From: Verrucomicrobiota bacterium
GTDB lineage: Bacteria; Verrucomicrobiota; Verrucomicrobiia; Opitutales; Coraliomargaritaceae
Assembly: GCA_039815375.1 (NCBI GenBank)
Contig: JBCBZJ010000003.1
Coordinates: 64,001 to 128,000 of the forward strand
DNA: 64,000 nucleotides
Direction of reading: 5' to 3'
Shown: piece by piece, positions 42,013 to 52,600 of the stretch
How positions within the stretch are numbered: the first letter of the stretch is position 1
Layout of the letters: the number at the start of each line of letters is the position of its first letter
Position numbers and translations under genes: made by a program
The notes under the pieces: model-generated
The model's input: the letters and a program-made list of their open reading frames with translations, nothing else
Databases searched by the model: none
What the model was told of the DNA's origin: nothing

Positions 42013-42987
42013 TTACTCCTCTAGTTTCTGTAGGATCGATGGGGTAAACATCGATTTCAGTTTGGCGAAATCAGGATCCAGATTGTAGAGATCAAAGGCT
42101 TTTCGAATGGTTGCAGGAAGCAAGGTGCCACCTTCAAGGAGGAGTATTTGCTTCTCTGGTTCGATCATCGCGATGCCGGACAATGCTTCTTCGAACTCCT
42201 TCGTGCTTAAGCCTGCGTAGTGTGCCATAATTTCAATTGATGGCTTCCGGTTTCTTAGGAAATGCTGGTGTGCTGCCTTGAGCGCTCCGGTAAAGCGAAT
42301 AATCTCTTCCTCGCGTTCAGTTAGGGTCTCAGGCTCGGCAACCAGGACGTCTATGATGACCCCTGGAATTTTGCTGGTATCGAAGATGGAGTGAAGTTCC
42401 GGGTCGTTCTGCAGGAGTTGATTCGAAACCGGTGGATAAGTGACTGCTGCATCGATCTTCCCTTTGGACATCGCTTGAATCATTGCGGTTTGGCGCATCG
42501 GCACGACTTGAACATCGTCGACTTCCATATCGTAGTATTCGAGTGCAGAAAGGAGGTGTATGTAGTCGAGTGCCCCTACATCTGCACCAATTCGTTTTCC
42601 CTTAAGGTCCGACAATTCGGAGCGGTTGTTTTTGGAAATAATGACATCTGCTCCGTTTGAATAGTCGCAGATGTAGAAGACCGCAGGTTCGTTTTCTGAG
42701 TTGATACGGATTTTGACCAGATCGGTCAGCGTGGACCCTGCGATGTCAATGTAGCCGAGTTCGTAGATGCGATTGACTTCGCCATTCGACATCAGGTCAA
42801 CAATCTCGACGTCTACATCGTATTCTTCGAACAGCTTCAGTTCATGAGCCAAATTAATGAGCTGATATCCAGGCCAGGGGTTAAGGCCGATCCGCAGGGG
42901 CTCTTTCTGCTTCTTTCCACAAGAGACTAGCAGGACGCTGATCGCGACGATGAGTAGAAGATTGGGGTGTTTCCGAGAAAGAAACAT
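42013..42987 (-). CDS. NMT1/SsuA-like substrate-binding lipoprotein
   Basis: Lipobox LVSC; WPGY, DYSNGAD, LKGKRIG and IDAAVTYPP motifs. Confidence 0.82.
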   Translation of the reverse strand: MFLSRKHPNLLLIVAISVLLVSCGKKQKEPLRIGLNPWPGYQLINLAHELKLFEEYDVDVEIVDLMSNGEVNRIYELGYIDIAGSTLTDLVKIRINSENEPAVFYICDYSNGADVIISKNNRSELSDLKGKRIGADVGALDYIHLLSALEYYDMEVDDVQVVPMRQTAMIQAMSKGKIDAAVTYPPVSNQLLQNDPELHSIFDTSKIPGVIIDVLVAEPETLTEREEEIIRFTGALKAAHQHFLRNRKPSIEIMAHYAGLSTKEFEEALSGIAMIEPEKQILLLEGGTLLPATIRKAFDLYNLDPDFAKLKSMFTPSILQKLEE

Positions 42988-43131
42988 GAATATTATTCTC
43001 TATATTTTTTAAGCTAATGCCAGCAATTAATTCAAAGTCTGACGATTTCTAGATTTTGAATATCGCTGCACTTTTGATCGAGGTGGAATACCTCTTGCTT
43101 CCGGTCTGGAGGGCGCTCAATTTTCTGAAAG

Positions 43132-44229
43132 ATGCCTGCCAAGCCCTTTACATTTATTTGTGGTGACGACGACTTCCTTGTTTCTGAGCGAGGTAAGGAT
43201 TGGTTTGCGGGGCAGACAAAGGAATTAATGGATGACCTTTCCAGGGAAGTTGTCGACGGTCGTGCGGGCAACATCGCTGAAGTTGAGCAAGCGTTGAGCA
43301 GGTTCACCATTGCGGTGCAGACGCTGTCTCTTTTCGGTGAGCGAAAAGTCGTTTGGTTGAAAGATGTCAATTTCATGGCGGATAGTCAGACTGGCAGGGC
43401 CCAGGGCACTCTTGACTTACTGGAGAACCTCAAGGGACTTCTCGAAGGGCTCAATCCTGAGGCAGTCGGCGTGCTGATTACCGCACAGCCAGTTGATAAG
43501 CGCCGGAGTTTCTTCAAGTGGTGCAAAAAGGCTGCAGACTTTATAGCACTCGAGGGTGCTAAGGACGCTCCGGCTGCCTACGCGCAGCTTGTAAATGAAG
43601 AGTGTGAAAAGGCCGGTGTTTCCATGAGCCGTGACGCGGCCCTGCTACTAATCGGTAAAGTCAATGGCAATACACGCCTAATCGTCGAAGAGACACGCAA
43701 GCTCTGCACCTTCGCTTCAGGTAACGAAGACCCGATTAGTGAGCAACTTGTCAACGAGCTGGTGCCGAACTTCGGGGACGCTGATTTTTTTGAAGCTGGC
43801 GATGCCTTTTTCTCATTGAAGCTGGAATGGACATTGGAAGCTCTGCGCCGTCATTTCTTCACTAACAACGAATCGCGTGGTTTACTGGGCAGCCTACAGT
43901 CGCGCAATCGTCTGTTGATTCAACTTCGCGTCCTGCTCGACGCCGGTGCCATTCGTTTGGGGGGTCGTGGTATTTCGAAGTCAGATTTGGAAGCTGCTGC
44001 GCGCATCTACGGGCATCATTTTGGCGAGGACAGTGAAAAGAGTAATCTTAATGTCTTCACTCAAAATCCCTGGTATCTCGGACGGCTCGCAGAGACCGCA
44101 AACAAGTTGCCGATGAAGAAGCTCATCGCTTTTCAGATTGCTTTTTCAGATGCTTTTGAAGCAATTATCCAACGTCCTAATGAACAGGAGGAGGTGTGCC
44201 GCGAACTTGCTGTGAAATGCCTGAGTTGA
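43132..44229 (+). CDS. holA: DNA polymerase III subunit delta
   Basis: FICGDDDFLV, SLFGERKVV, DKR and E..KL..F pattern. Confidence 0.8.
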   Translation: MPAKPFTFICGDDDFLVSERGKDWFAGQTKELMDDLSREVVDGRAGNIAEVEQALSRFTIAVQTLSLFGERKVVWLKDVNFMADSQTGRAQGTLDLLENLKGLLEGLNPEAVGVLITAQPVDKRRSFFKWCKKAADFIALEGAKDAPAAYAQLVNEECEKAGVSMSRDAALLLIGKVNGNTRLIVEETRKLCTFASGNEDPISEQLVNELVPNFGDADFFEAGDAFFSLKLEWTLEALRRHFFTNNESRGLLGSLQSRNRLLIQLRVLLDAGAIRLGGRGISKSDLEAAARIYGHHFGEDSEKSNLNVFTQNPWYLGRLAETANKLPMKKLIAFQIAFSDAFEAIIQRPNEQEEVCRELAVKCLS

Positions 44230-44241
44230 CCCTTTACTATT

Positions 44242-44676
44242 ATGATTATAAAAGTGCGAGTTATTGCGATCGTCCTGTTGCCACTGGCTTTATTTGCACA
44301 TAGCGAAAAATCCGGCGTTCGAATAGAAGTTCTGGAACAGTCGACACAGATGTGGAACGGAGAGGAATTGCCAGCCTACCCGGATGAAGCAGCGCAGATA
44401 AGTGTGGTTAAAGTAACCGTTCCGCCGCACACAAAGCTGGGTTGGCATAAGCATCCCTGCATTAATGCGGGCTACTTGTTAACGGGTGAGATTCGCGTCA
44501 CAGCGGAAGATGGCAGCACTCGCTTGGTGAAGTCCGGCGAAGGATTGATTGAATTAGTCGATATCTGGCACTACGGTGAGAACGTGAGTGACGAAGTTGC
44601 TGAAATCATTGTGATTTATGTCGGAGCAGAAGGTGTGCCTCTGGCTCTCCCAAAGCCAATCGAGAAATCGCTATAG
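44242..44676 (+). CDS. Secreted cupin domain protein
   Basis: LPAYP, WHKHPCINAGY...GE and E.VDIWHYGEN motifs. Confidence 0.82.
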   Translation: MIIKVRVIAIVLLPLALFAHSEKSGVRIEVLEQSTQMWNGEELPAYPDEAAQISVVKVTVPPHTKLGWHKHPCINAGYLLTGEIRVTAEDGSTRLVKSGEGLIELVDIWHYGENVSDEVAEIIVIYVGAEGVPLALPKPIEKSL

Positions 44677-44715
44677 GCTTGCGGCCTGAGCCTATTTTTC
44701 TGAAACTAAGTAACT

Positions 44716-47103
44716 TTGAAGTCGCTACCCCGACATTCTGATCGCAATCTGCGAGGAGGTTATTTCGCTTACTTTGGAAGGCTCGAAGGCTTGCTCCTTT
44801 ATATAGCCTTAACTTTGGCTCTGGTCCTGTGCTTTCACTTGACGGGCAAATTTGGCGAGAGCGTCTCTCTGCTGGCACCGCTTGCAGTTGGTTTGGCAAT
44901 TATCGCAGGCGTGAGTTTTCGTATTGCCGGGACGGTTGCCTCGGGGCTTGTCGCGGTAACGGTTTTCTGGCTTGCCTATGTCTTGAGGTGGGGGACCTTG
45001 CCGCATCAGGGCGCCTTCTTCGGTGCAGGCTTAGTCTTGCTGATTTGCCTGTTTTCTTTTTCCGCTGCACTTGCGGTGAGTTATCACGTGCGCACAGCTG
45101 ACATCGCGACACAACGCGAAAACATGCTGCATAAAGTATTTGATTCGTTGCCGATTGGTGCCTGGGTGCGCGCGTTGGATGGGCAGACGGTTTTCGTCAA
45201 TGAACGCTGGGCGAGTTTCTCTGATAGGGAAGCCTACGATATCATGCACTCCAGCTCGACGCAGCCGCCGGTCGATCTGGGTGAAGAGTGGGCTGCCGAA
45301 CTAGAGGACTTATTAACTTCAGATAGCGGTGCAGTGCGTTACCGCTCGATCGACCTGGAGGATTGCGACGGTCAAAGCTGCAGCATGACTCTACTTACTC
45401 TGCGACTTTACATTGATCATCTTGATGAGTATGGCACGCTCGCCCTGTTGATTGATGAAACCGCGCTGCGGATGTATGAAAAGCGTATGCAGAAGAGCCA
45501 GGATAGCTTGAGGGTTGCGCTCGACAATGCAGGTATGGGTTTTTGGGACGAGGATGTGGTGCGTAAAAGAGCGACTTGCGATGCGGCATGGTTTGGCCTC
45601 ATGGGCCTCGAATATGATGCTTCGGCGGATCCCCTACAGGTTTGGGAGGAGCGTTTACATCCGGATGATCGCATGCGTGTGGACGCAGCCTACAATGAAT
45701 ACTATAAAAAGGGAGAGGGCAGCCTGCGGATTGATTACCGCATTCGCAAGGCAGACGATAATTATATTTGGGTGCAGGATTGCGTCTGCGTGACCGAGTT
45801 TACCGAGGATGGTGCTCCGAAGCGCTTGATGGGAACGATGCAGGATATCTCTTCGAGTAAGCGAACCGAGATCGATCTCAATTACGCAAAAGAACGTGCA
45901 GAATCGGCAAACGAGGCGAAGGGTCAGTTTATTGCGATGATTTCACATGAGATTCGCACGCCGCTGAATGCAATCATCGGCCTGTCTAGCTTTCTGAGTG
46001 AAGGGGAGCTTGATGAGGAGCAGCTTGATTTGGCGCAGACAATCTACACGAGTGGCAGGAGTTTGCTGCTTTTGGTGAATGACATTTTAGACTTTTCTAA
46101 GATTGAAGCCGGTCATCTCGACTTGGAGATGCAAGAGTTCCCGATACGGATGTGCTTTGAAGACAGTGTAAAACTATTCAAGATGCGTGCTGCAGAAAAA
46201 AAAGTGACGCTGGGTTTGCATCTTGATGAAGAGCTTTCGGAATATGCGATCGGTGACATGGAGCGCCTGCGGCAGATAGTTCAGAACCTTCTTTCGAATG
46301 CTTTGAAGTTTACTGATAGGGGAGATGTCCAGGTCTTCGTGCGCCAAGTGCATGTGATGGATCTGCCCGACCATATCCGACCCGACCAACTTGAGCCGAT
46401 TGGCTATTTGGATCGTCCGGACCACGAATACATTGAGGTGCTTGTTCGCGACTCGGGTATCGGAATACCTGCAGACCAGCAGCATCTGCTCTTTCAGGCA
46501 TTCAGCCAGGTGGATTCTTCCGCGACCCGTAAGTATGAGGGCACAGGTCTTGGGCTTGTCATTTGTAAACGGCTCGTCCACGCGATGGGTGGTCGTATCT
46601 GGGTAGAAAGTAACGAAGGTCAGGGTGCTGTCTTTGGATTTACGGCAAGGACGAAGCTGATTCATGAAAGCTCTGACTTAGTGCCGTTTGAATCTAAGAA
46701 ATCTGAACTGGCAGATAGAATTGCGGAAGACCACCCATGTGATATTCTAATTGTCGGGCCGAAGGGAGTAACCGATCCACTGGTGCTTGCATGTCGGAAG
46801 TTGGGATATGCCCCGCACCATTCGGAAGGATATGACCTAAGCGCAAATGCTTATGGAAGGCGTCACTACAATATTCTGTTTGTCTGGATGGAGGACGAGG
46901 CCGGCTCGCTTGAGATGGCCCGGAAGGTCTGTGCAGCGGGCGGCATTAAGCGCCCCGAGGCTATTGTTGGCTTCATTCCACAGGGCCGGAACATTTCACA
47001 TGAACGCTGCCGACTCAGCGGTATGCAGCGTATTTTAGAAGACGATCCGAAGCCTGAAGTTATCCGTCACACGATTCTGGATGTGCTGAGCACGCACGGT
47101 TGA
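44716..47103 (+). CDS. Membrane PAS-PAS histidine kinase with degenerate C-terminal receiver-like domain
   Basis: N-terminal TMs, PAS (LHPDD), ISHEIRTPLN, NALKFT, DSGIG and GTGLGL; the tail resembles a receiver domain without the acidic residues. Confidence 0.85.
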   Translation: MKSLPRHSDRNLRGGYFAYFGRLEGLLLYIALTLALVLCFHLTGKFGESVSLLAPLAVGLAIIAGVSFRIAGTVASGLVAVTVFWLAYVLRWGTLPHQGAFFGAGLVLLICLFSFSAALAVSYHVRTADIATQRENMLHKVFDSLPIGAWVRALDGQTVFVNERWASFSDREAYDIMHSSSTQPPVDLGEEWAAELEDLLTSDSGAVRYRSIDLEDCDGQSCSMTLLTLRLYIDHLDEYGTLALLIDETALRMYEKRMQKSQDSLRVALDNAGMGFWDEDVVRKRATCDAAWFGLMGLEYDASADPLQVWEERLHPDDRMRVDAAYNEYYKKGEGSLRIDYRIRKADDNYIWVQDCVCVTEFTEDGAPKRLMGTMQDISSSKRTEIDLNYAKERAESANEAKGQFIAMISHEIRTPLNAIIGLSSFLSEGELDEEQLDLAQTIYTSGRSLLLLVNDILDFSKIEAGHLDLEMQEFPIRMCFEDSVKLFKMRAAEKKVTLGLHLDEELSEYAIGDMERLRQIVQNLLSNALKFTDRGDVQVFVRQVHVMDLPDHIRPDQLEPIGYLDRPDHEYIEVLVRDSGIGIPADQQHLLFQAFSQVDSSATRKYEGTGLGLVICKRLVHAMGGRIWVESNEGQGAVFGFTARTKLIHESSDLVPFESKKSELADRIAEDHPCDILIVGPKGVTDPLVLACRKLGYAPHHSEGYDLSANAYGRRHYNILFVWMEDEAGSLEMARKVCAAGGIKRPEAIVGFIPQGRNISHERCRLSGMQRILEDDPKPEVIRHTILDVLSTHG

Positions 47104-48751
47104 ATGCGCTGACCAGAGCCCGCAGCCCGGCCAGCTCAATATTGGGGTCGATCCCGCAGCCGTAAAAGGTCGCGCCATCGTCGTGCTGAATTTCTATGTA
47201 TGCCGCAGCTTCTGTTTTTGAGCCCTTGCCAATCGAGTGTTGGCGATAGTCGGTCAGGGTGAAGTTTTTCCAGCCATTCTGATCGAGTGCGTCAACGAAG
47301 GCGCTGATTGGGCCGTTGCCCCGTCCATCCACCTTCATTGCTTCGCCTCGTATACGGATATCCGCTTCCACGCGCACCTCGCCAGATTTGGAAAAATCTT
47401 CACGTTCGATCGCAAGGATTTCCAGAGGCGCACCAAGATTGACGTAGAGTGTCTTGAATACCTCGTAAACTTCGTCCGGGAGAAGCTCTCGACTATCCTT
47501 ATCTGCGGCATCGTTGACAACCATTCCCACCTCCGGGTGCATCGCTCTCGGTAGATCGAGACCGAAGTCGCGAGATAAGACGTAGGCAACCCCGCCTTTG
47601 CCGCTTTGGCTGTTGATGCGGATGATTGCTTCGTAGGTGCGCCCGATGTCCTGCGGGTCAATCAATAGGTAGGGCACTTGGAAGAGTTCGTCCGCATCCT
47701 TCTCGCGCAGATCCATGCCTTTTTTGATCGCATCCTGATGGGATCCGGAGAATGCGGTAAAGACGAGATCGCCTGCATAGGGGTGCCGTTCATGAACCGT
47801 CATGCGCGTCACGCGCTCGTAGACTTCACGAATGTCCTCAAGCTTGCTGAAGTCGAGACCTGGATCGATGCCTTGCGTGTAAAGATTGAGTGCGACGGTG
47901 ACGATGTCGAGGTTGCCTGTGCGTTCGCCGTTGCCAAAGAGGGTGCCTTCGACACGGTCTGCACCAGCCATCAGGCTGAGTTCGGTGGCGGCAATTCCAG
48001 TCCCGCGATCATTGTGGGTATGCAGGCTAATGATTGCCTTCGTGCGCTCTTTCATATTGCGGCAAAACCATTCGATCTGATCTGCATGCACATTTGGAGT
48101 CGCAACTTCAACGGTTGCCGGAAGGTTAAGAATAATTGGGTCTGCCTCGGTCGGTTGCCAAACGCCCATCACGGCTTCGCAGACTTCCAGAGAGTAGTCG
48201 ACCTCAGTATCGGAGAAGCTCTCGGGTGAGTACTGGAAGCGAACCTTCGTGCTCGGGATCGTCGAGACGAGGCTTTTTACAAGTTTGGTGCCTTCGACGG
48301 CAATGGCCTTGATTTCGTCCTTGCTCTTGCCGAAAGTCACGCGGCGCTGCAAAGGCGAAGTCGAATTGTAAAGGTGCACGATCGCGGTGGGCACGCCTTC
48401 GAGGCTCTCAAAAGTGCGCCGGATAAGGTGGTCTCTCGCTTGAACCAGCACCTGAAGTGTAACGTCTTCGGGAATACGGTTTTCATCGACAAGACGTCGT
48501 ATGAACTGAAACTCAGTGTCGCTTGCGGAGGGAAAGCCCACCTCAATTTCCTTGAAGCCAATGGCGACGAGCATTTCGAAGAGTTCGATCTTTTCCTCGA
48601 CGTTCATGGGAATCGCGAGAGCCTGATTGCCATCTCGCAAGTCGACGCTTGCCCAGATCGGTGCTTGATCAATGACTTGGCTCGGCCACTGCCGATCCGG
48701 CAGATCGATCTGAGGGAAGGGCCTGTATTTCGTGATTGTGCCTTTTTGCAT
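47060..48751 (-). CDS. leuA: 2-isopropylmalate synthase
   Basis: SVDLRDGNQAL, HLYNSTS, YSPESF, HTHNDRG, GNGERTGN and FSGSHQDAI motifs plus the regulatory domain. Confidence 0.96.
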   Translation of the reverse strand: MQKGTITKYRPFPQIDLPDRQWPSQVIDQAPIWASVDLRDGNQALAIPMNVEEKIELFEMLVAIGFKEIEVGFPSASDTEFQFIRRLVDENRIPEDVTLQVLVQARDHLIRRTFESLEGVPTAIVHLYNSTSPLQRRVTFGKSKDEIKAIAVEGTKLVKSLVSTIPSTKVRFQYSPESFSDTEVDYSLEVCEAVMGVWQPTEADPIILNLPATVEVATPNVHADQIEWFCRNMKERTKAIISLHTHNDRGTGIAATELSLMAGADRVEGTLFGNGERTGNLDIVTVALNLYTQGIDPGLDFSKLEDIREVYERVTRMTVHERHPYAGDLVFTAFSGSHQDAIKKGMDLREKDADELFQVPYLLIDPQDIGRTYEAIIRINSQSGKGGVAYVLSRDFGLDLPRAMHPEVGMVVNDAADKDSRELLPDEVYEVFKTLYVNLGAPLEILAIEREDFSKSGEVRVEADIRIRGEAMKVDGRGNGPISAFVDALDQNGWKNFTLTDYRQHSIGKGSKTEAAAYIEIQHDDGATFYGCGIDPNIELAGLRALVSAFNRACSAHPESCDG

Positions 48752-48884
48752 GGCTTATGGAAAAATGGAAATGATGGGTTGGTTGTTCAAAGACAAAGCG
48801 AAAGTCGAGTTCGCTGCGAACAGATGGAACATCTTAGTCCCTAGTGTGGGCCAACAATAGCCCATGATGTATCAGCTGCCTCCC

Positions 48885-48953
48885 CTAGGGGAGTCGTAGA
48901 AGGAGTTGCTCGCATATTGGCTGAGCAAACTGGTTAGGCTGCCGGATTTGCAT
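48885..48953 (-). promoter_or_regulatory. Putative leucine attenuator leader peptide MQIRQPNQFAQPICEQLLLRLP
   Basis: 22-codon ORF ending 133 nt upstream of leuA, with CTC CTT CTA CGA CTC near its end; TTGACA-N16-AATGCT just upstream. Confidence 0.7.
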
Positions 48954-49064
48954 CTTGTCTGAGCATTGCTTCGGTGTGCTTGCTGTCAAGAGTCCTCCTC
49001 GCCGCTTTCGAAGTGAGTGACTTGAGTCTTGTTAGTCCGATAAATTCAGATCAAATTATAAGCT

Positions 49065-49631
49065 GTGGCAGTAAATGAGACACCATTGCAAGGGCGCACG
49101 ATCATACTGGGTGTGACCGGTTCGATTGCCGCGTTTAAATCGGCGGACATCACGAGTCGTTTAACTGAGGCCGGGGCCTCGGTTTTTCCGGTAATGACGG
49201 AGAATGCCACACGCTTTATTACGCCGCTGACCCTACAGACTCTGGCGCGGAATCCAGTCTCAGCAGATCTCTGGATGGAGGAAAAGGACTGGCACCCCGG
49301 TCATATCGATTTGGCAGACCGCGCCGATCTGCTGCTCGTTGCCCCGGCGACTGCACATTGCATCGGGCTCTTTGCGCAAGGACTTGCGCCCGACTTGCTC
49401 TCTTCGCTACACCTGGCGACTGAAGCTCCGGTAATGCTGGCCCCCGCAATGAACGGCAAGATGCTGAGCCACGCTGCGGTCCAGGGCAATATACGCACTT
49501 TGATTAAGCGCGGCTATCATTTCATTGAGCCGGATCATGGCATGCTGGCTTGTGGATATGAGGGGAAGGGTAAACTCGCTTCAGTCGACAGTATTGTAAA
49601 AAATGTGCTAACCTTCTTTAAGGGTAGTTAG
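49065..49631 (+). CDS. coaC: Phosphopantothenoylcysteine decarboxylase (stand-alone CoaC flavoprotein)
   Basis: LGVTGSIAA, HIDLAD, APATA, APAMN and LACGYEGKG motifs; no CoaB domain. Confidence 0.88.
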   Translation: MAVNETPLQGRTIILGVTGSIAAFKSADITSRLTEAGASVFPVMTENATRFITPLTLQTLARNPVSADLWMEEKDWHPGHIDLADRADLLLVAPATAHCIGLFAQGLAPDLLSSLHLATEAPVMLAPAMNGKMLSHAAVQGNIRTLIKRGYHFIEPDHGMLACGYEGKGKLASVDSIVKNVLTFFKGS

Positions 49632-49637
49632 TGCTGA

Positions 49638-52600
49638 ATGGATAACGACGAAGCTAATCCAGAGGAATCCGGGCGAAGCGCGCAGAATCGTGAGGGCCTG
49701 AAGCATCGTATTCTGAAGCCCGGAGATAGCTTTGGGAATTTTCGTGTCGTCAAGTGCATCTGCGCTGGGCTGATCACCAACTACTATCACATGCAGCATA
49801 TCCGTGACTTGCACGATGTGACAGTTGGTATTTTCCATTACCGCGCTGCCAAGGATACCAAATTCTTGAAGCGCCTCGAAGCTCTCCAGAAGAAGGTGAA
49901 AACTCTGGACCACGAGGGCGTGCCGAAGGTTCATGACTACACCGAGATCGACGGGCAGGCCTGTATCTTTCTGGATCCGATTAAAGGGCAGACGCTTAGC
50001 CAGTATTTCGATGCTCACGGAAGTCCAGGAAAGGAAGGTATGGGGGTCGAAATTACTACCCGCATACTTGCGCACTTGCTCGGCCTTCTCGGTTACGCGC
50101 ATTCTCATGGGCTCGATCATCGTGATCTTGATTCGGATCTGATTTTTATTCAGGAAGACGGCTCGGTCCGTGTCTTGGGTTTTGGCATTAAGGCAGCGCT
50201 CTCGATCGAGCTCTTCGAATCAATTGTATCGGCATCAGTTTCGCCTCTCTTCGCGAACAAGACTGTTGGCCGCTTGAACTCGTTCGATATCATGAGTCCC
50301 GAGTATCAGTCAGGTCTGCCCGAAGACACTCGTGTCGATGTCTACTGTGCAGGTGTTATCGGTTACTGGTTGCTCACAGGGCAAAAACCGGAGCATCCGA
50401 ATTTGTTGATGCCGACAGCTCTGGTAGAGGGCGTTCCTTCGCGTTGGGATGCGTTCTTCACGCGGATCCTCGAACGAAATCCGGACTTGCGGTTTCAGTC
50501 GTGTAAGATGGCCTTGCTCGCGCTTAAGGAGACCGACGATGAGCCGGAATCGGAACGCGCGGGGGTTGTCCAGCGACAGATCGACCGCATGCCGGTTCCG
50601 AAGAGTATTCGTGCGCGAGGAGAGCTTGCGACGCGCATCTACCGTTTGACGGTAATCGGTTGCATCGGATTGACGCTGACTGCGTTGGCTTCGTTCTTTC
50701 TGCGCGTTTCGTTCATGGAGGAGAAAGTCTATACTAAAGATGTCGCGCAGCGTATTGTTGAAGGTCAGGACTCAAACCTGCGGATAAAGGTTCAGCCCCC
50801 TGTCGCGAAACTAGTCTTCAAAGGCTTTACCGAGAGCTTTATCGCAAACGAAGGACTCTTGGAACTGCGAGTTGCCCCGGGGAAGTATGAGGTTCGTGCA
50901 ACGGCCCCCCACCATTTCGAAGATGTGCAGACTATAGAAATTGCAGCGGCTGAACCAGGATTTGTCGCTGACCTTGAGTTTGAACTGAAACCGGCATGGA
51001 CAGATATCCAGATACGTTCCGAGCCCGGCGCATCTGTTTCAGTAGTAGACACGCGTGATACTGAAATCGAACTCGGTTTTACCAACGAGGAGGGGATCTT
51101 TTTTCTAAAAAAAGGACTGTTTGCAGGGGTTTATCAAATCGTCGTCAAAAAAGAGGGTTACCAGCCAACTGTTCTGAAAAACCAGGAATTGGATTCTGGC
51201 GAAGTCTCTGTGATTGAGGTAGAGTTAGCACCACTGCCCGCCAGTTTGGCAGTTCGCACCACCCCTACCGGAGCGCGTATCCTGATCAACGATATTGATG
51301 TCGGCCTTTCTCCTGCTACGGTCGACGACATCATACCGAGCGATCAGTATCTCATCGTTGCTCAGTTGGATGACTACCGTGCGATGGATCGCCGAGTGGA
51401 GATTCGTGCCGGGGAAGATATCACTGTCGACTTTGGCGAACTCACCCGACGCTCTGCTGAGCTCAACATCGAAATTGATTTCGCCGGTCTGAGCGCCAGT
51501 GAATCTCGCCTCTTGCATAGCGACACAGTGGTGACGATCGGTGAGCTCCGTTATCCCTATAACTCCGCAGAGCTGAAGTTTATTCCAGAAGGGGAATACA
51601 TGATTCATGTCGAGCATGCCAAATATATTTCTAAAGCGGTCCAGCTTACACTCGAAGACCGGGATGTGAAGAAATTGGAATTCACCCTACTACCTCGTCC
51701 TGCTGAGGTGCAGCTTGTCCTACCCGGTAATCTGGAGCCAGCGATCCGGCTCAACAGGAAACAAATCGAGTTCACAGGTGAAGCTGTCATTATTCCCGCA
51801 AAAGAACCGGTAGAGTTCGAGTTACGTATACAAAATTATCTTACGATGGTCCGGAAATTTGTCTTGGAGCCAAACGAGAAAGTTACCTGGAATGTGACGC
51901 CGGTTCCGATTCCCGGGCCGACCGAAGGGCAAACGTGGACTATGCCTTATTTCGGCTTCAAATTTGCCTGGGTGCCGCCAGGAGAATTTACGATGGGCAG
52001 CCCGATGGTCGAGCAAGGGCGCTTGCCGAATGAAGGCCCGAAAACAAAAGTGACTTTTACCAAGGGCTTTTGGGCGGGCATCTACGAGGTGAGCCAAGCT
52101 GAATTCAGGGAAGTCGTGGGGCGAAATCCGTCTGAATTTAGAGGTGCGGACAAGCCGGTCGATAGCGTCCTGTGGCAGGAAGCGGTAGATTTTTGTAAGA
52201 CACTTACTAGAATGGAACGTGAGGCAGGGCGCTTGCCTGTGGGCTTTGTCTATCGATTACCGACTGAAGCGGAGTGGGAGTATGCGGCTCGTGGCAAGAC
52301 GATTTCACCTTTTCATTTTGGTGAAACGGCCGATGCCACCTCAGGCAATTTCCGTGGGATTTATCCGAGGGAACTCGAAGGAGGGCAACGGGCTAGCCAA
52401 ACCTATGGCAGTGAGTCAGTCGGCAGTTACAGGCCCAACGCATATGGGCTTTACGACGTCCACGGCAATATCAGTGAATGGACATTGGAAGTCTACAACG
52501 GTCGGCTTGATGGCGGCCAGGTGGTGGATCCTGCTCCTCGAACCGGAGGAAAGCGTTTTGCTGTGCGTGGTGGTAGTTGGGAAGATTTTGCGGTCCGTGT

